DNA of 32,224 nucleotides from a virus: UHGV virus genome UHGV-0122054; one strand, 5' to 3'. Shown piece by piece: positions 7,638 to 14,566 of this stretch (position 1 is its first letter; each line of letters starts with the position of its first letter). The notes under the pieces were generated by a model. It saw only the letters and a program-made list of their open reading frames with translations, ran no database searches and was not told where the DNA came from. The position numbers and the translations under genes were made by a program.

Positions 7638-7870
7638 CTCACAATTCAGTAAGTTGACAGTTGCCTGTCAGACTGGGCATTTGTTAAAAAAATTTCGCAT
7701 GGTGAATCCCCCTGAGCGGAGGGGCGACTGGTGACGGTATAATCTCTGATTATCAAAACGAGAATGACGCGGGTTTAGTGGCACCGGGCTGAACTCACCG
7801 GGAGGCACCCGGCACCATGTGCATGATGATACAGATACGCGGCTTTAGCCCCTCTCCGGAGGGGCTTTCT
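7638..7870 (+). ncRNA. Candidate small-RNA module B (paralogue of module A)
   Basis: Shares five ordered blocks with module A, including identical CTCACAATTCAG and the 24-mer at 7796-7819; perfect TATAAT at 7738-7743; terminator GCCCCTC-TCCG-GAGGGGC plus TTTCTT (7848-7870). Confidence 0.3.
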
Positions 7871-8099
7871 TATGGACAAAAAAAGCCCGCGCTGGGAGAC
7901 GCGGGCGGCAAGGAATAAACAATAAAACGTGAAGTAATATTTCAGCTGGCGAATAATACCCCATAGTAATCACTCTGCGCAACTGCGCGGTCTTTTTCGA
8001 ATTGCGGGCTGTAGTCTCCCTTCTGCCATTGTCCTGTAACTTCCGGACTTCAGCCTGCTCCTTATCTGACTCACAACATTATCCCGCCCGGGAGGATTC

Positions 8100-9956
8100 A
8101 TGGCATTTAAACACTATGACGTGGTCAGGGCGGCATCGCCGTCAGACCTTGCGAAACGACTGACACAAAAACTGAAGGAGGGCTGGCAGCCGTTTGGTAG
8201 TCCGGTGGCCATAACCCCTTATACCCTGATGCAGGCGATTGCAGCAGAAGGTGATGTGGTCGTCAGTGGTGCAACTGAGCCGGAGTGGTACTACGTCATC
8301 GTACTGGCCGGGCAATCCAATGCCATGGCTTACGGTGAAGGGCTTCCGCTTCCGGATTCATACGATGCGCCCCATCCGCGCATTAAGCAACTGGCCCGTC
8401 GTAACACAGTGACTCCCGGTGGTGAAGTATGCGTATTTAACGACATCATTCCTGCTGACCATTGTCTGCATGATGTTCAGGATATGAGTACGATTAACCA
8501 TCCCCGGGCTGACCTGAGCAAAGGGCAGTACGGCTGTGTCGGACAGGGCTTACATATTGCCAAAAAACTGCTTCCGTATATCCCTAATAATGCGGGGATC
8601 CTGCTGGTACCATGCTGTCGTGGTGGTTCGGCATTCACCCAGGGCACGGAGGGGACATTCAGCGAGTCCACGGGAGCCAGTCAGGATTCGGCTCGCTGGG
8701 GAGTGGGTAAGCCGTTATATCAGGATCTGCTTTTCCGCACGAAGGCAGCATTGCAGAAAAACCCGAAAAACGTTTTGCTGGCGATATGCTGGATGCAGGG
8801 GGAATTCGATATGACGAATGCCAGTTACGCCCAGCAGCCAGCAGCATTTCTTGCAATGGTACAGCAGTTCCGTGCTGACCTTGCCGGGCTGGCAGCGCAG
8901 TGTCACGGTGGAAGTCCGGCATCAGTCCCCTGGATTTGTGGCGACACGACATACGCGTGGAAACAAGAACACGGTACGCAATATGAAGTGGTATATGGTG
9001 CATATAAAGGTAAAGAATCCCAGCAGATTTATTTTGTTCCCTTTATGACCGATGGTAGCGGAGTTAATACACCGACAAACAACCCGTCAGAAGATCCTGA
9101 TATTGCCGGGTCTGGTTATTACGGTTCGGCATCCCGAACGAACAAAAACTGGGTATCATCAAATCGCCCGACGCATTTCAGCTCATGGGCGCGTCGTGGC
9201 ATTATTCCCGATCGTATGGCAACTGCTATTCTGAACGTAGCCGGTCGCACCTTAGCCTTCATTAGTGGTAAGGCACCGGAAATCAAACCCTCGCCCGGCG
9301 GCGACACGCCATCGGGGCCGTCTGATGGTGACACATCCGTTCGTACAGTCTCCCTGCTGCCGACAGCCGGAGAGGCTGCTGCGCAGGGCTGGACCATCAC
9401 CGGCGGCAGTGTTGCGCTGGAAGATGGTGTGTTTAAGGTTACCAAGCAGAGCAATAAAACCTGGTCCCTGATGCATCCGGTGGATGACGCAGTCTCCCTG
9501 CTGACACGGGGTGGCAGACTGAGCTGTAAGTTTCGACTGTCAGGCGCACTGACCAACAACCAGTTCGGTCTGGGAATTTATCTGTATACCGATGTAGCGT
9601 TACCTGACGTCGTGGCGATGACCGGGACTGGTAACCCGTTCCTGATGTCGTTCTTCACCCAGACCACAGACGGCAAACTGAATCTGATGCATCACAAGAA
9701 AGCCGGAAACACAAAGTTGGGCGAGTTCGGGAATTACAGTAACGACTGGCAGACGCTGGAGCTGGTGTTCACCGCCGGCAGTGCCACGGTTACTCCGAAA
9801 CTGAATGGAGTGGCTGGCCCGGCATTCCAGGTCATAAAAGACAGTCTGACACTGGGGCTGAATGCGCTGACGCTGACGGATATTACCAAAAATGCAGCGT
9901 ATGGCGTTGAGATAGAAAGTCTGGTGCTGGAGATAAATGCACCGGCATCATCATAA
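8100..9956 (+). CDS. NanS-p-like sialate O-acetylesterase (DUF1737 N-terminus plus SGNH/SASA esterase domain)
   Basis: 618 aa; SD GGGAGG 7 nt upstream; VIVLAGQSNAMAYGEG esterase motif; position immediately downstream of the stx slot, as for NanS-p genes of Stx phages. Confidence 0.75.
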   Translation: MAFKHYDVVRAASPSDLAKRLTQKLKEGWQPFGSPVAITPYTLMQAIAAEGDVVVSGATEPEWYYVIVLAGQSNAMAYGEGLPLPDSYDAPHPRIKQLARRNTVTPGGEVCVFNDIIPADHCLHDVQDMSTINHPRADLSKGQYGCVGQGLHIAKKLLPYIPNNAGILLVPCCRGGSAFTQGTEGTFSESTGASQDSARWGVGKPLYQDLLFRTKAALQKNPKNVLLAICWMQGEFDMTNASYAQQPAAFLAMVQQFRADLAGLAAQCHGGSPASVPWICGDTTYAWKQEHGTQYEVVYGAYKGKESQQIYFVPFMTDGSGVNTPTNNPSEDPDIAGSGYYGSASRTNKNWVSSNRPTHFSSWARRGIIPDRMATAILNVAGRTLAFISGKAPEIKPSPGGDTPSGPSDGDTSVRTVSLLPTAGEAAAQGWTITGGSVALEDGVFKVTKQSNKTWSLMHPVDDAVSLLTRGGRLSCKFRLSGALTNNQFGLGIYLYTDVALPDVVAMTGTGNPFLMSFFTQTTDGKLNLMHHKKAGNTKLGEFGNYSNDWQTLELVFTAGSATVTPKLNGVAGPAFQVIKDSLTLGLNALTLTDITKNAAYGVEIESLVLEINAPASS

Positions 9957-10041
9957 AAAGTGAGCCAGTCAAATGGAAGGTATCGTTAAACTCACCGGTA
10001 GTGTCAGTGGGTCGTCTGAGATGCCTGCATGAGTTATCAGA

Positions 10042-10072
10042 GCCATCAGTACTTAACTGGTGGCTTTTTTTA
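10042..10072 (+). terminator. Intrinsic terminator between esterase gene and holin
   Basis: 8-bp stem GCCAUCAG/CUGGUGGC (one G.U), 7-nt loop, then TTTTTTT. Confidence 0.65.
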
Positions 10073-10106
10073 TTGTTGTCAGCTTCCGGATAACGGGAGA
10101 CGGGGT

Positions 10107-10322
10107 ATGTACCAGATGGAAAAAATCACAACAGGTGTGTCATACACCACGTCAGCAGTGGGAACGGGCTACTGGTTCCTGCAGTTGCTGGACAGGGTTT
10201 CCCCGTCTCAGTGGGCGGCAATAGGCGTGCTGGGGAGTCTGCTGTTTGGGCTGCTGACATATCTGACTAACCTGTATTTCAAAATCAGAGAGGACCGTCG
10301 TAAGGCGGCACGGGGAGAGTAA
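10107..10322 (+). CDS. Class II holin (S21/EssD-like pinholin) with dual-start motif
   Basis: [71 protein letters not shown] closely matches S21/EssD; Met1 and Met4 give the antiholin/holin pair; SD GGGAGA upstream. Track ORF 10029 is an upstream extension. Confidence 0.85.
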   Translation: MYQMEKITTGVSYTTSAVGTGYWFLQLLDRVSPSQWAAIGVLGSLLFGLLTYLTNLYFKIREDRRKAARGE

Positions 10323-10326
10323 TTCA

Positions 10327-10671
10327 ATGACTCAAAACTATGAACTGATTGTGAAAGGGATCCGCAATTTTGAGAATAAAGTTACGGTAACTTTAGCGTT
10401 ACGGGACAAAAAACGCTTTGACGGTGAAATTTTTGACCTGGACATCTCGCTGGACCGTGTTGAAGGTGCCGCGCTGGAGTTTTATGAGGCAGCAGCCAGA
10501 AGGAGCATCAGACAGGTCTTCCTGGATGTTGCTGCCGGGTTATGTGAAGGGGATGAGCAGTCGCCGGAAAAGCGCCCCGTAATTTTAGAGGCGCAGGATG
10601 TGTTGATAACCTACAGAGGAAAACTACCGGGAATAATTACTGGTTCTCTGAAGAGTCCGCCGAAATGGTAA
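10327..10671 (+). CDS. Lysis-cassette protein of unknown function (YdfR/DUF1327-like, tentative)
   Basis: 114 aa, SD GGGGAGAG, starts 4 nt after holin stop; a gene in the same position exists between holin and lysozyme in Qin-type prophages. Confidence 0.5.
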   Translation: MTQNYELIVKGIRNFENKVTVTLALRDKKRFDGEIFDLDISLDRVEGAALEFYEAAARRSIRQVFLDVAAGLCEGDEQSPEKRPVILEAQDVLITYRGKLPGIITGSLKSPPKW

Positions 10672-10909
10672 TTTTACCAGCATATTTTTCATCCAGTAAT
10701 ACAGCAAGCCGCCTGAAAGAGTCTTGTTGTTCCTGAGACCATTTGGGATTGCATGATTCAAACTGGATTGATGCCAGCGTTGATTGCATCTGTTCCCTTG
10801 GAATTGAGAATGCCAGATATGAGAAGGCGACGGTAAGGGTATTCACGTCTTCCCGAAGCCTGGAAATGCTGTCGAGCAACTCCTGTAGAGAAATGGTGTT
10901 ATTGTCCAT
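10637..10909 (-). CDS. Hypothetical protein (90 aa), opposite to late transcription
   Basis: Minus-strand ORF with GAGGA SD 7 nt before the ATG and a TACAAT -10-like element upstream; lies in a lower-GC stretch; 3' end overlaps the 3' end of the preceding gene by 35 nt. Confidence 0.35.
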   Translation of the reverse strand: MDNNTISLQELLDSISRLREDVNTLTVAFSYLAFSIPREQMQSTLASIQFESCNPKWSQEQQDSFRRLAVLLDEKYAGKITISADSSENQ

Positions 10910-11014
10910 AAATAATCCTCATGATTGTATTGACCTGTTAGCAGCCTGAGGCAACAGGCTGGAACTGATAAACATATCCAGGGCTCAGAAACCGATAAAT
11001 CCTGATAAATATCC

Positions 11015-11548
11015 ATGAACGCAAAAATCAGATACGGCCTGTCGGCTGCCGTTCTGGCGCTGATTGCCGCTGGTGCGCCTGCGCCTGACATTCTCGACCA
11101 GTTTCTGGATGAAAAGGAAGGTAACCACACCACGGCATACCGTGATGGCGCGGGTATCTGGACCATCTGCCGCGGTGCCATCCTGGTGGATGGCAAACCT
11201 GTCGTTCCGGGCATGAAGTTGTCGAAGGAAAAATGCGACCGGGTTAACGCCATTGAGCGTGATAAGGCGCTGGCATGGGTGGAGAAAAACATCAAAGTGC
11301 CATTGACCGAACCCCAGAAAGCGGGGATCGCGTCATTCTGTCCGTACAACATTGGTCCCGGTAAGTGTTTCCCGTCGACGTTTTACAGACGAATTAATGC
11401 AGGTGATCGCAGGGGAGCATGCGAAGCGATTCGCTGGTGGATTAAGGACGGTGGCAGAGACTGCCGTATTCGCTCAAATAACTGTTACGGTCAGGTATTC
11501 CGTCGTGACCAGGAGAGCGCGCTGGCGTGCTGGGGAATCGACAGATAA
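11015..11548 (+). CDS. SAR endolysin (phage lysozyme, R21/RrrD-like)
   Basis: Gly/Ala-rich signal-anchor N-terminus (LSAAVLALIAAGAPAP) followed by T4-lysozyme-type E...D...T catalytic spacing (EGNHTTAYRDGAGIWT). Confidence 0.85.
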   Translation: MNAKIRYGLSAAVLALIAAGAPAPDILDQFLDEKEGNHTTAYRDGAGIWTICRGAILVDGKPVVPGMKLSKEKCDRVNAIERDKALAWVEKNIKVPLTEPQKAGIASFCPYNIGPGKCFPSTFYRRINAGDRRGACEAIRWWIKDGGRDCRIRSNNCYGQVFRRDQESALACWGIDR

Positions 11549-11644
11549 GCAGAATATTTTGCTGAAAAATGAGGTTGGCCAACGCGGGCGGATAACACGA
11601 AGTCCTGTGAACTGGCAAAACCTAAGTGAATAAAAGTAAAAACC

Positions 11645-11679
11645 CCGTTTGTTGGCAGCAAGCGGGGTTTTGTTTTTAT
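11645..11679. terminator. Intrinsic terminator after endolysin (A-run upstream, T-run downstream)
   Basis: 9-bp stem CCCCGUUUG/CAAGCGGGG (one G.U), 7-nt loop, followed by TTTTGTTTTT. Confidence 0.7.
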
Positions 11680-11742
11680 GGCAGTAAGCTATGGGAGGCT
11701 GCCTTGATTGATTTTAGCAAACTGATTAGGGAGTTGCGACTC

Positions 11743-11838
11743 ATGATTAGTCAATTACCAAACTGGAAATTTTTGCTGGTCTGGAGCATCCCTTTTTTAT
11801 GGGTAGTATCCCAGTTAATTGTGGCAATTAAGGGGTAG
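11743..11838 (+). CDS. Small single-TM peptide (31 aa, MISQLPNWKFLLVWSIPFLWVVSQLIVAIKG)
   Basis: ATG with AGGGAG about 9 nt upstream; strongly hydrophobic; below track cutoff (seen as the tail of track ORF 11626..11838). Confidence 0.3.
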   Translation: MISQLPNWKFLLVWSIPFLWVVSQLIVAIKG

Positions 11839-11840
11839 CT

Positions 11841-11972
11841 ATGTCAGACAAACTCATAACGCCGGCAAAGGTCCTGTGTGTGATTGTCGGTATTTCATTT
11901 TCACTAATGCTGGTTGCTCTTTTTCTGTCCCTCGCCTGGGTGATGTTGTCTTCGTCGGGGCTGCTGGGGTGA
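11841..11972 (+). CDS. Small single-TM peptide (43 aa, MSDKLITPAKVLCVIVGISFSLMLVALFLSLAWVMLSSSGLLG)
   Basis: ATG 2 nt after the previous stop; SD AAGGGG 6 nt upstream. Confidence 0.35.
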   Translation: MSDKLITPAKVLCVIVGISFSLMLVALFLSLAWVMLSSSGLLG

Positions 11973-11974
11973 CA

Positions 11975-12091
11975 GTGACTGATGACATCAGCAGAGCGCT
12001 GGCTTTTGCTATTAAGTGGGTGGCTGTTGGTATTGCTGTGTCTCCGATGCTGTATGGGCTGGCAAAACTGGTCATTGCGCTGAAATCGTGA
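11975..12091 (+). CDS. Small hydrophobic peptide (about 38 aa; GTG start assumed), paralogue of the next peptide
   Basis: C-terminal part of track ORF 11819..12091; ISRALAFAIKWVAVGIAV aligns with [18 protein letters not shown] of the next ORF, with several synonymous codon differences. Confidence 0.3.
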   Translation: MTDDISRALAFAIKWVAVGIAVSPMLYGLAKLVIALKS

Positions 12092-12102
12092 ACTTTAAAA
12101 AG

Positions 12103-12189
12103 ATGAGTGCTGAACTTATTCGGGCAATGGCATTTGCCATTCGTATTGTGGCCATTGCTGTTCTGGTCTGGGCAATCCGTTGGTGGTGA
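12103..12189 (+). CDS. Small hydrophobic peptide (28 aa, [28 protein letters not shown])
   Basis: ATG start; stop 1 nt before the Rz ATG; paralogous to the preceding peptide. Confidence 0.3.
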   Translation: MSAELIRAMAFAIRIVAIAVLVWAIRWW

Positions 12190-12190
12190 T

Positions 12191-12685
12191 ATGAACCGTG
12201 TTCTGTGTGTGGTGATTATTGTCATGCTGGTAGCCTGTGGTGTGCTTAGTCTGGGGCTGAATCATTACCGCGATAACGCCATCACCTACAAAGCGCAGCG
12301 CGATAAAAAAGTCAGTGAGCTGAAACTGGCGAATGCCACTATTACTGACATGCAGCAGCGCCAGCGAGATGTCGCTGCGCTTGATGCCAGATACACGAAG
12401 GAATTAGCCGATGCGAGAGCTGAAAATGAAACTCTGCGCGCTGATGTTGCCGCTGGTCGTAAGCGCCTGCGGGTCAACGCCACCTGCCCCGGTACCGTGC
12501 GTGAAGCCACCGGCACCTCCAGCGTGGATAATGCAACCGGCCCCCGACTGGCAGACACCGCTGAACGGGATTATTTCATCCTCAGAGAACGGTTGATGAC
12601 AATGCAGAAGCAGCTGGAAGGGGCGCAGGAATATATCCGCACTCAGTGCACTAAGCTGGCTTTTTATTATCCGGAGGATACATGA
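12191..12685 (+). CDS. Rz inner-membrane spanin (i-spanin)
   Basis: N-terminal TM helix ([16 protein letters not shown]), coiled-coil periplasmic domain, embedded +1-frame Rz1; track ORF 12107 is an upstream extension. Confidence 0.8.
   Translation: MNRVLCVVIIVMLVACGVLSLGLNHYRDNAITYKAQRDKKVSELKLANATITDMQQRQRDVAALDARYTKELADARAENETLRADVAAGRKRLRVNATCPGTVREATGTSSVDNATGPRLADTAERDYFILRERLMTMQKQLEGAQEYIRTQCTKLAFYYPEDT
12411..12596 (+). CDS. Rz1 outer-membrane lipoprotein spanin (o-spanin), embedded in Rz
   Basis: Lipobox LVVSAC and Pro-rich mature region ([18 protein letters not shown]); may start at the internal Met (12426). Confidence 0.75.
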   Translation: MRELKMKLCALMLPLVVSACGSTPPAPVPCVKPPAPPAWIMQPAPDWQTPLNGIISSSENG

Positions 12686-12906
12686 AGAAATTACGGGTAA
12701 CCGTAGAACCTTTTCAGGGAACAATTCCGTTCCGTATTTTGCAGCGTGGTCGTGTTCTTGTTGAAGGTTCGTTCAGTGGTAAATGTACGCAATTACACTC
12801 CCGGACCTTTCAGGTGAATGCCACGAATGAAGAGCTAACCGTGGAGTGTACGATGAATGCCGCTAAATGCCGCATGGTATCCGCTGCATTACAACCAGTG
12901 TGTTGA
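12682..12906 (+). CDS. Hypothetical protein (74 aa), translationally coupled to Rz
   Basis: ATGA overlap with Rz stop; GGAGG 5 nt upstream; no signal peptide or recognised domain. Confidence 0.45.
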   Translation: MKKLRVTVEPFQGTIPFRILQRGRVLVEGSFSGKCTQLHSRTFQVNATNEELTVECTMNAAKCRMVSAALQPVC

Positions 12907-13104
12907 GCGACCTTATTATCCATGCGCGGTATTGTCGCCGTATTCCTGCATTAACAGAGACCGCAGCCCGACAGGGAGACTCCTCTGCGCGAGTGTGCGG
13001 GGATAATCAAAAACGATACACACCGGGGTTTACCGCGTTAACGGAGCGCGGCGTTGTCCCCTCATAGTCGCCTGTCCGGTGCGATGGTGGAAGAAACCGA
13101 ACGT

Positions 13105-13305
13105 TCATTTCTCGTTATTTGTCATGCTGGCCGGGCGCAGATGCGTTGCATCTGTTGCCAGCCTTCTCCTGCAGGCTTCAATAACCCACGCTGAAAAGTT
13201 ACCGGACCCTTTATGCTCAAGGGCGATGTTGATCTGTTCAATTATGTGATTGGGGAAACGGATATTGCGGGTTGTGGTTCTGCGGGTCCGGTTTTTCGAT
13301 GACAT
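13105..13305 (-). CDS. Ribbon-helix-helix (Arc/Mnt-like) DNA-binding protein
   Basis: Minus strand; ATG at 13305 with AAGGA about 8 nt upstream; RNIRFPNHIIEQINIALEHKGSGNFSAWVIEACRRRL fits the RHH strand-helix-helix pattern (compare P22 Arc). Track ORF extends to 13365. Confidence 0.55.
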   Translation of the reverse strand: MSSKNRTRRTTTRNIRFPNHIIEQINIALEHKGSGNFSAWVIEACRRRLATDATHLRPASMTNNEK

Positions 13306-13346
13306 ATTTATTTCCTTTACTGATTGCCATATGACGGGGATTTTAC

Positions 13347-13712
13347 ATGGCTGAGCTTCGTACACTCCAGAGCAGAATCAAAACACTGAATACCCGACGG
13401 GTGAATATTCTGAAGGGGGAGCAGCGTCGTGTCAGTGGCAGTGCACGTGTTTCCCTCAAGCGTCATATCTGGCTGAGGGACGCCGGGCAGTGCTGTATCT
13501 GTGGTCGTGTGGTTGACCTCTGTGACAGTGAACTCGATCACCGAATTGCACTTCAGTTCGGTGGTGGTAATGAGGAGACGAATCTTTGGACGCTCTGTGC
13601 CGAATGCCATCGACAAAAGTCTGCTCGTGAAGCGGCGAGTGGTATGCCGGACCCGACGCTGCCGGAGGTGTCCGGAGGTAGTGGCAGAGAGGACGACATC
13701 ATCGGACTGTAA
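13347..13712 (+). CDS. HNH endonuclease (terminase-associated)
   Basis: CxxC...LDHRIALQFGG...NLWTLCAECH HNH motif; located directly upstream of the cos-like region and terminase genes, as in HK97-type phages. Confidence 0.8.
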   Translation: MAELRTLQSRIKTLNTRRVNILKGEQRRVSGSARVSLKRHIWLRDAGQCCICGRVVDLCDSELDHRIALQFGGGNEETNLWTLCAECHRQKSAREAASGMPDPTLPEVSGGSGREDDIIGL

Positions 13713-13804
13713 CCCAACCCGGGGGGGTATCATCCGGCGTAAAAAACGATCGCTTTGGACACCGCGCCCCCTCTCACGCAGAGAAAAAATTCCCGTTTCA
13801 GGGC

Positions 13805-13929
13805 AGTTAACATGTTAACTGGCTGCCCGGGCATTTTTGCGGTTTTTATCTTTATTATTCAGTTTGTTGTGCGGAAAAAATGTTAACAGGCTTTTTCAGC
13901 AAATGTTAACCAGGCAGCAGTTAACATTT
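13805..13929. promoter_or_regulatory. cos-like region with repeated ATGTTAAC motifs (candidate small-terminase binding sites)
   Basis: 16-bp perfect palindrome AGTTAACATGTTAACT (13805-13820); AAATGTTAAC at 13878-13887 and 13901-13910; inverted copy GTTAACATTT at 13920-13929; AT-rich spacer between. Confidence 0.4.
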
Positions 13930-14002
13930 GCGGCATGAGACGCCGGGGAAAAATGGGCTGAACCATACCCGGCTGAGTGCGTTCTGGACCCGGGAGGAGG
14001 CT

Positions 14003-14566
14003 GTGCTGACAACGCAAAAACGAAAATTTGCGCTGGCGCTCATGTCCGGGAAAAACAAAACAGCGTCAGCCATTGCCGCCGGTTATTCGGCGAAGACCGC
14101 CAGGGTTAAAGGCTCGCAGCTGGCAAAAGATCCGGAGGTGCTTGCGTTTATAGCCCGTAAACAATGCGAGACGGTGGAGGTGGATGAGGTTCCTGTTTAC
14201 CGGCAGAAAAAATCAGAGCAGGAGGATAAACCCCGTCGCCGTGAGGCGGCTGCAATACCTCAGCCGGACGAAAATAATCCGGAGATGCCACCATCCGCGG
14301 TGATGTCTCCTGGTATTGAATATATGGAGGATGGTCTTCCCGATCCGGTGAAAGCCATGGGGCGGATCCTGGTGGAAAACCTCTGCATTGATCCGAAACT
14401 GGCACTGGATGCGGCCTGGCGTCTGGCGCAGTTCACGCACCATAAAAAAGGGGATACCGGGAAAAAATCGGCAAAAGGTGATGCCGCGAAAAAAGCGGCT
14501 AACCGTTTTGCGGTGCCACCGCCACCCCGACTGGTGGTGAATAACGATAATGAGGGCAACGGATGA
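14003..14566 (+). CDS. Terminase small subunit
   Basis: Track ORF 13928..14566; preferred GTG 14003 after GGAGGAGG; basic N-terminal region; overlaps the large-subunit start (ATGA). Confidence 0.65.
   Translation: MLTTQKRKFALALMSGKNKTASAIAAGYSAKTARVKGSQLAKDPEVLAFIARKQCETVEVDEVPVYRQKKSEQEDKPRRREAAAIPQPDENNPEMPPSAVMSPGIEYMEDGLPDPVKAMGRILVENLCIDPKLALDAAWRLAQFTHHKKGDTGKKSAKGDAAKKAANRFAVPPPPRLVVNNDNEGNG

Noticed and set aside
7130-8099. Presence of stxA/stxB
   Set aside because: No ORF of appropriate size or composition in any frame between the tRNA genes and the esterase gene; the region is non-coding modules.
11626-11838. Full 70-aa track ORF 11626..11838 as one gene
   Set aside because: Its 5' half reads through the endolysin terminator hairpin; only the 3' 31-aa hydrophobic segment with its own SD is kept as a candidate.
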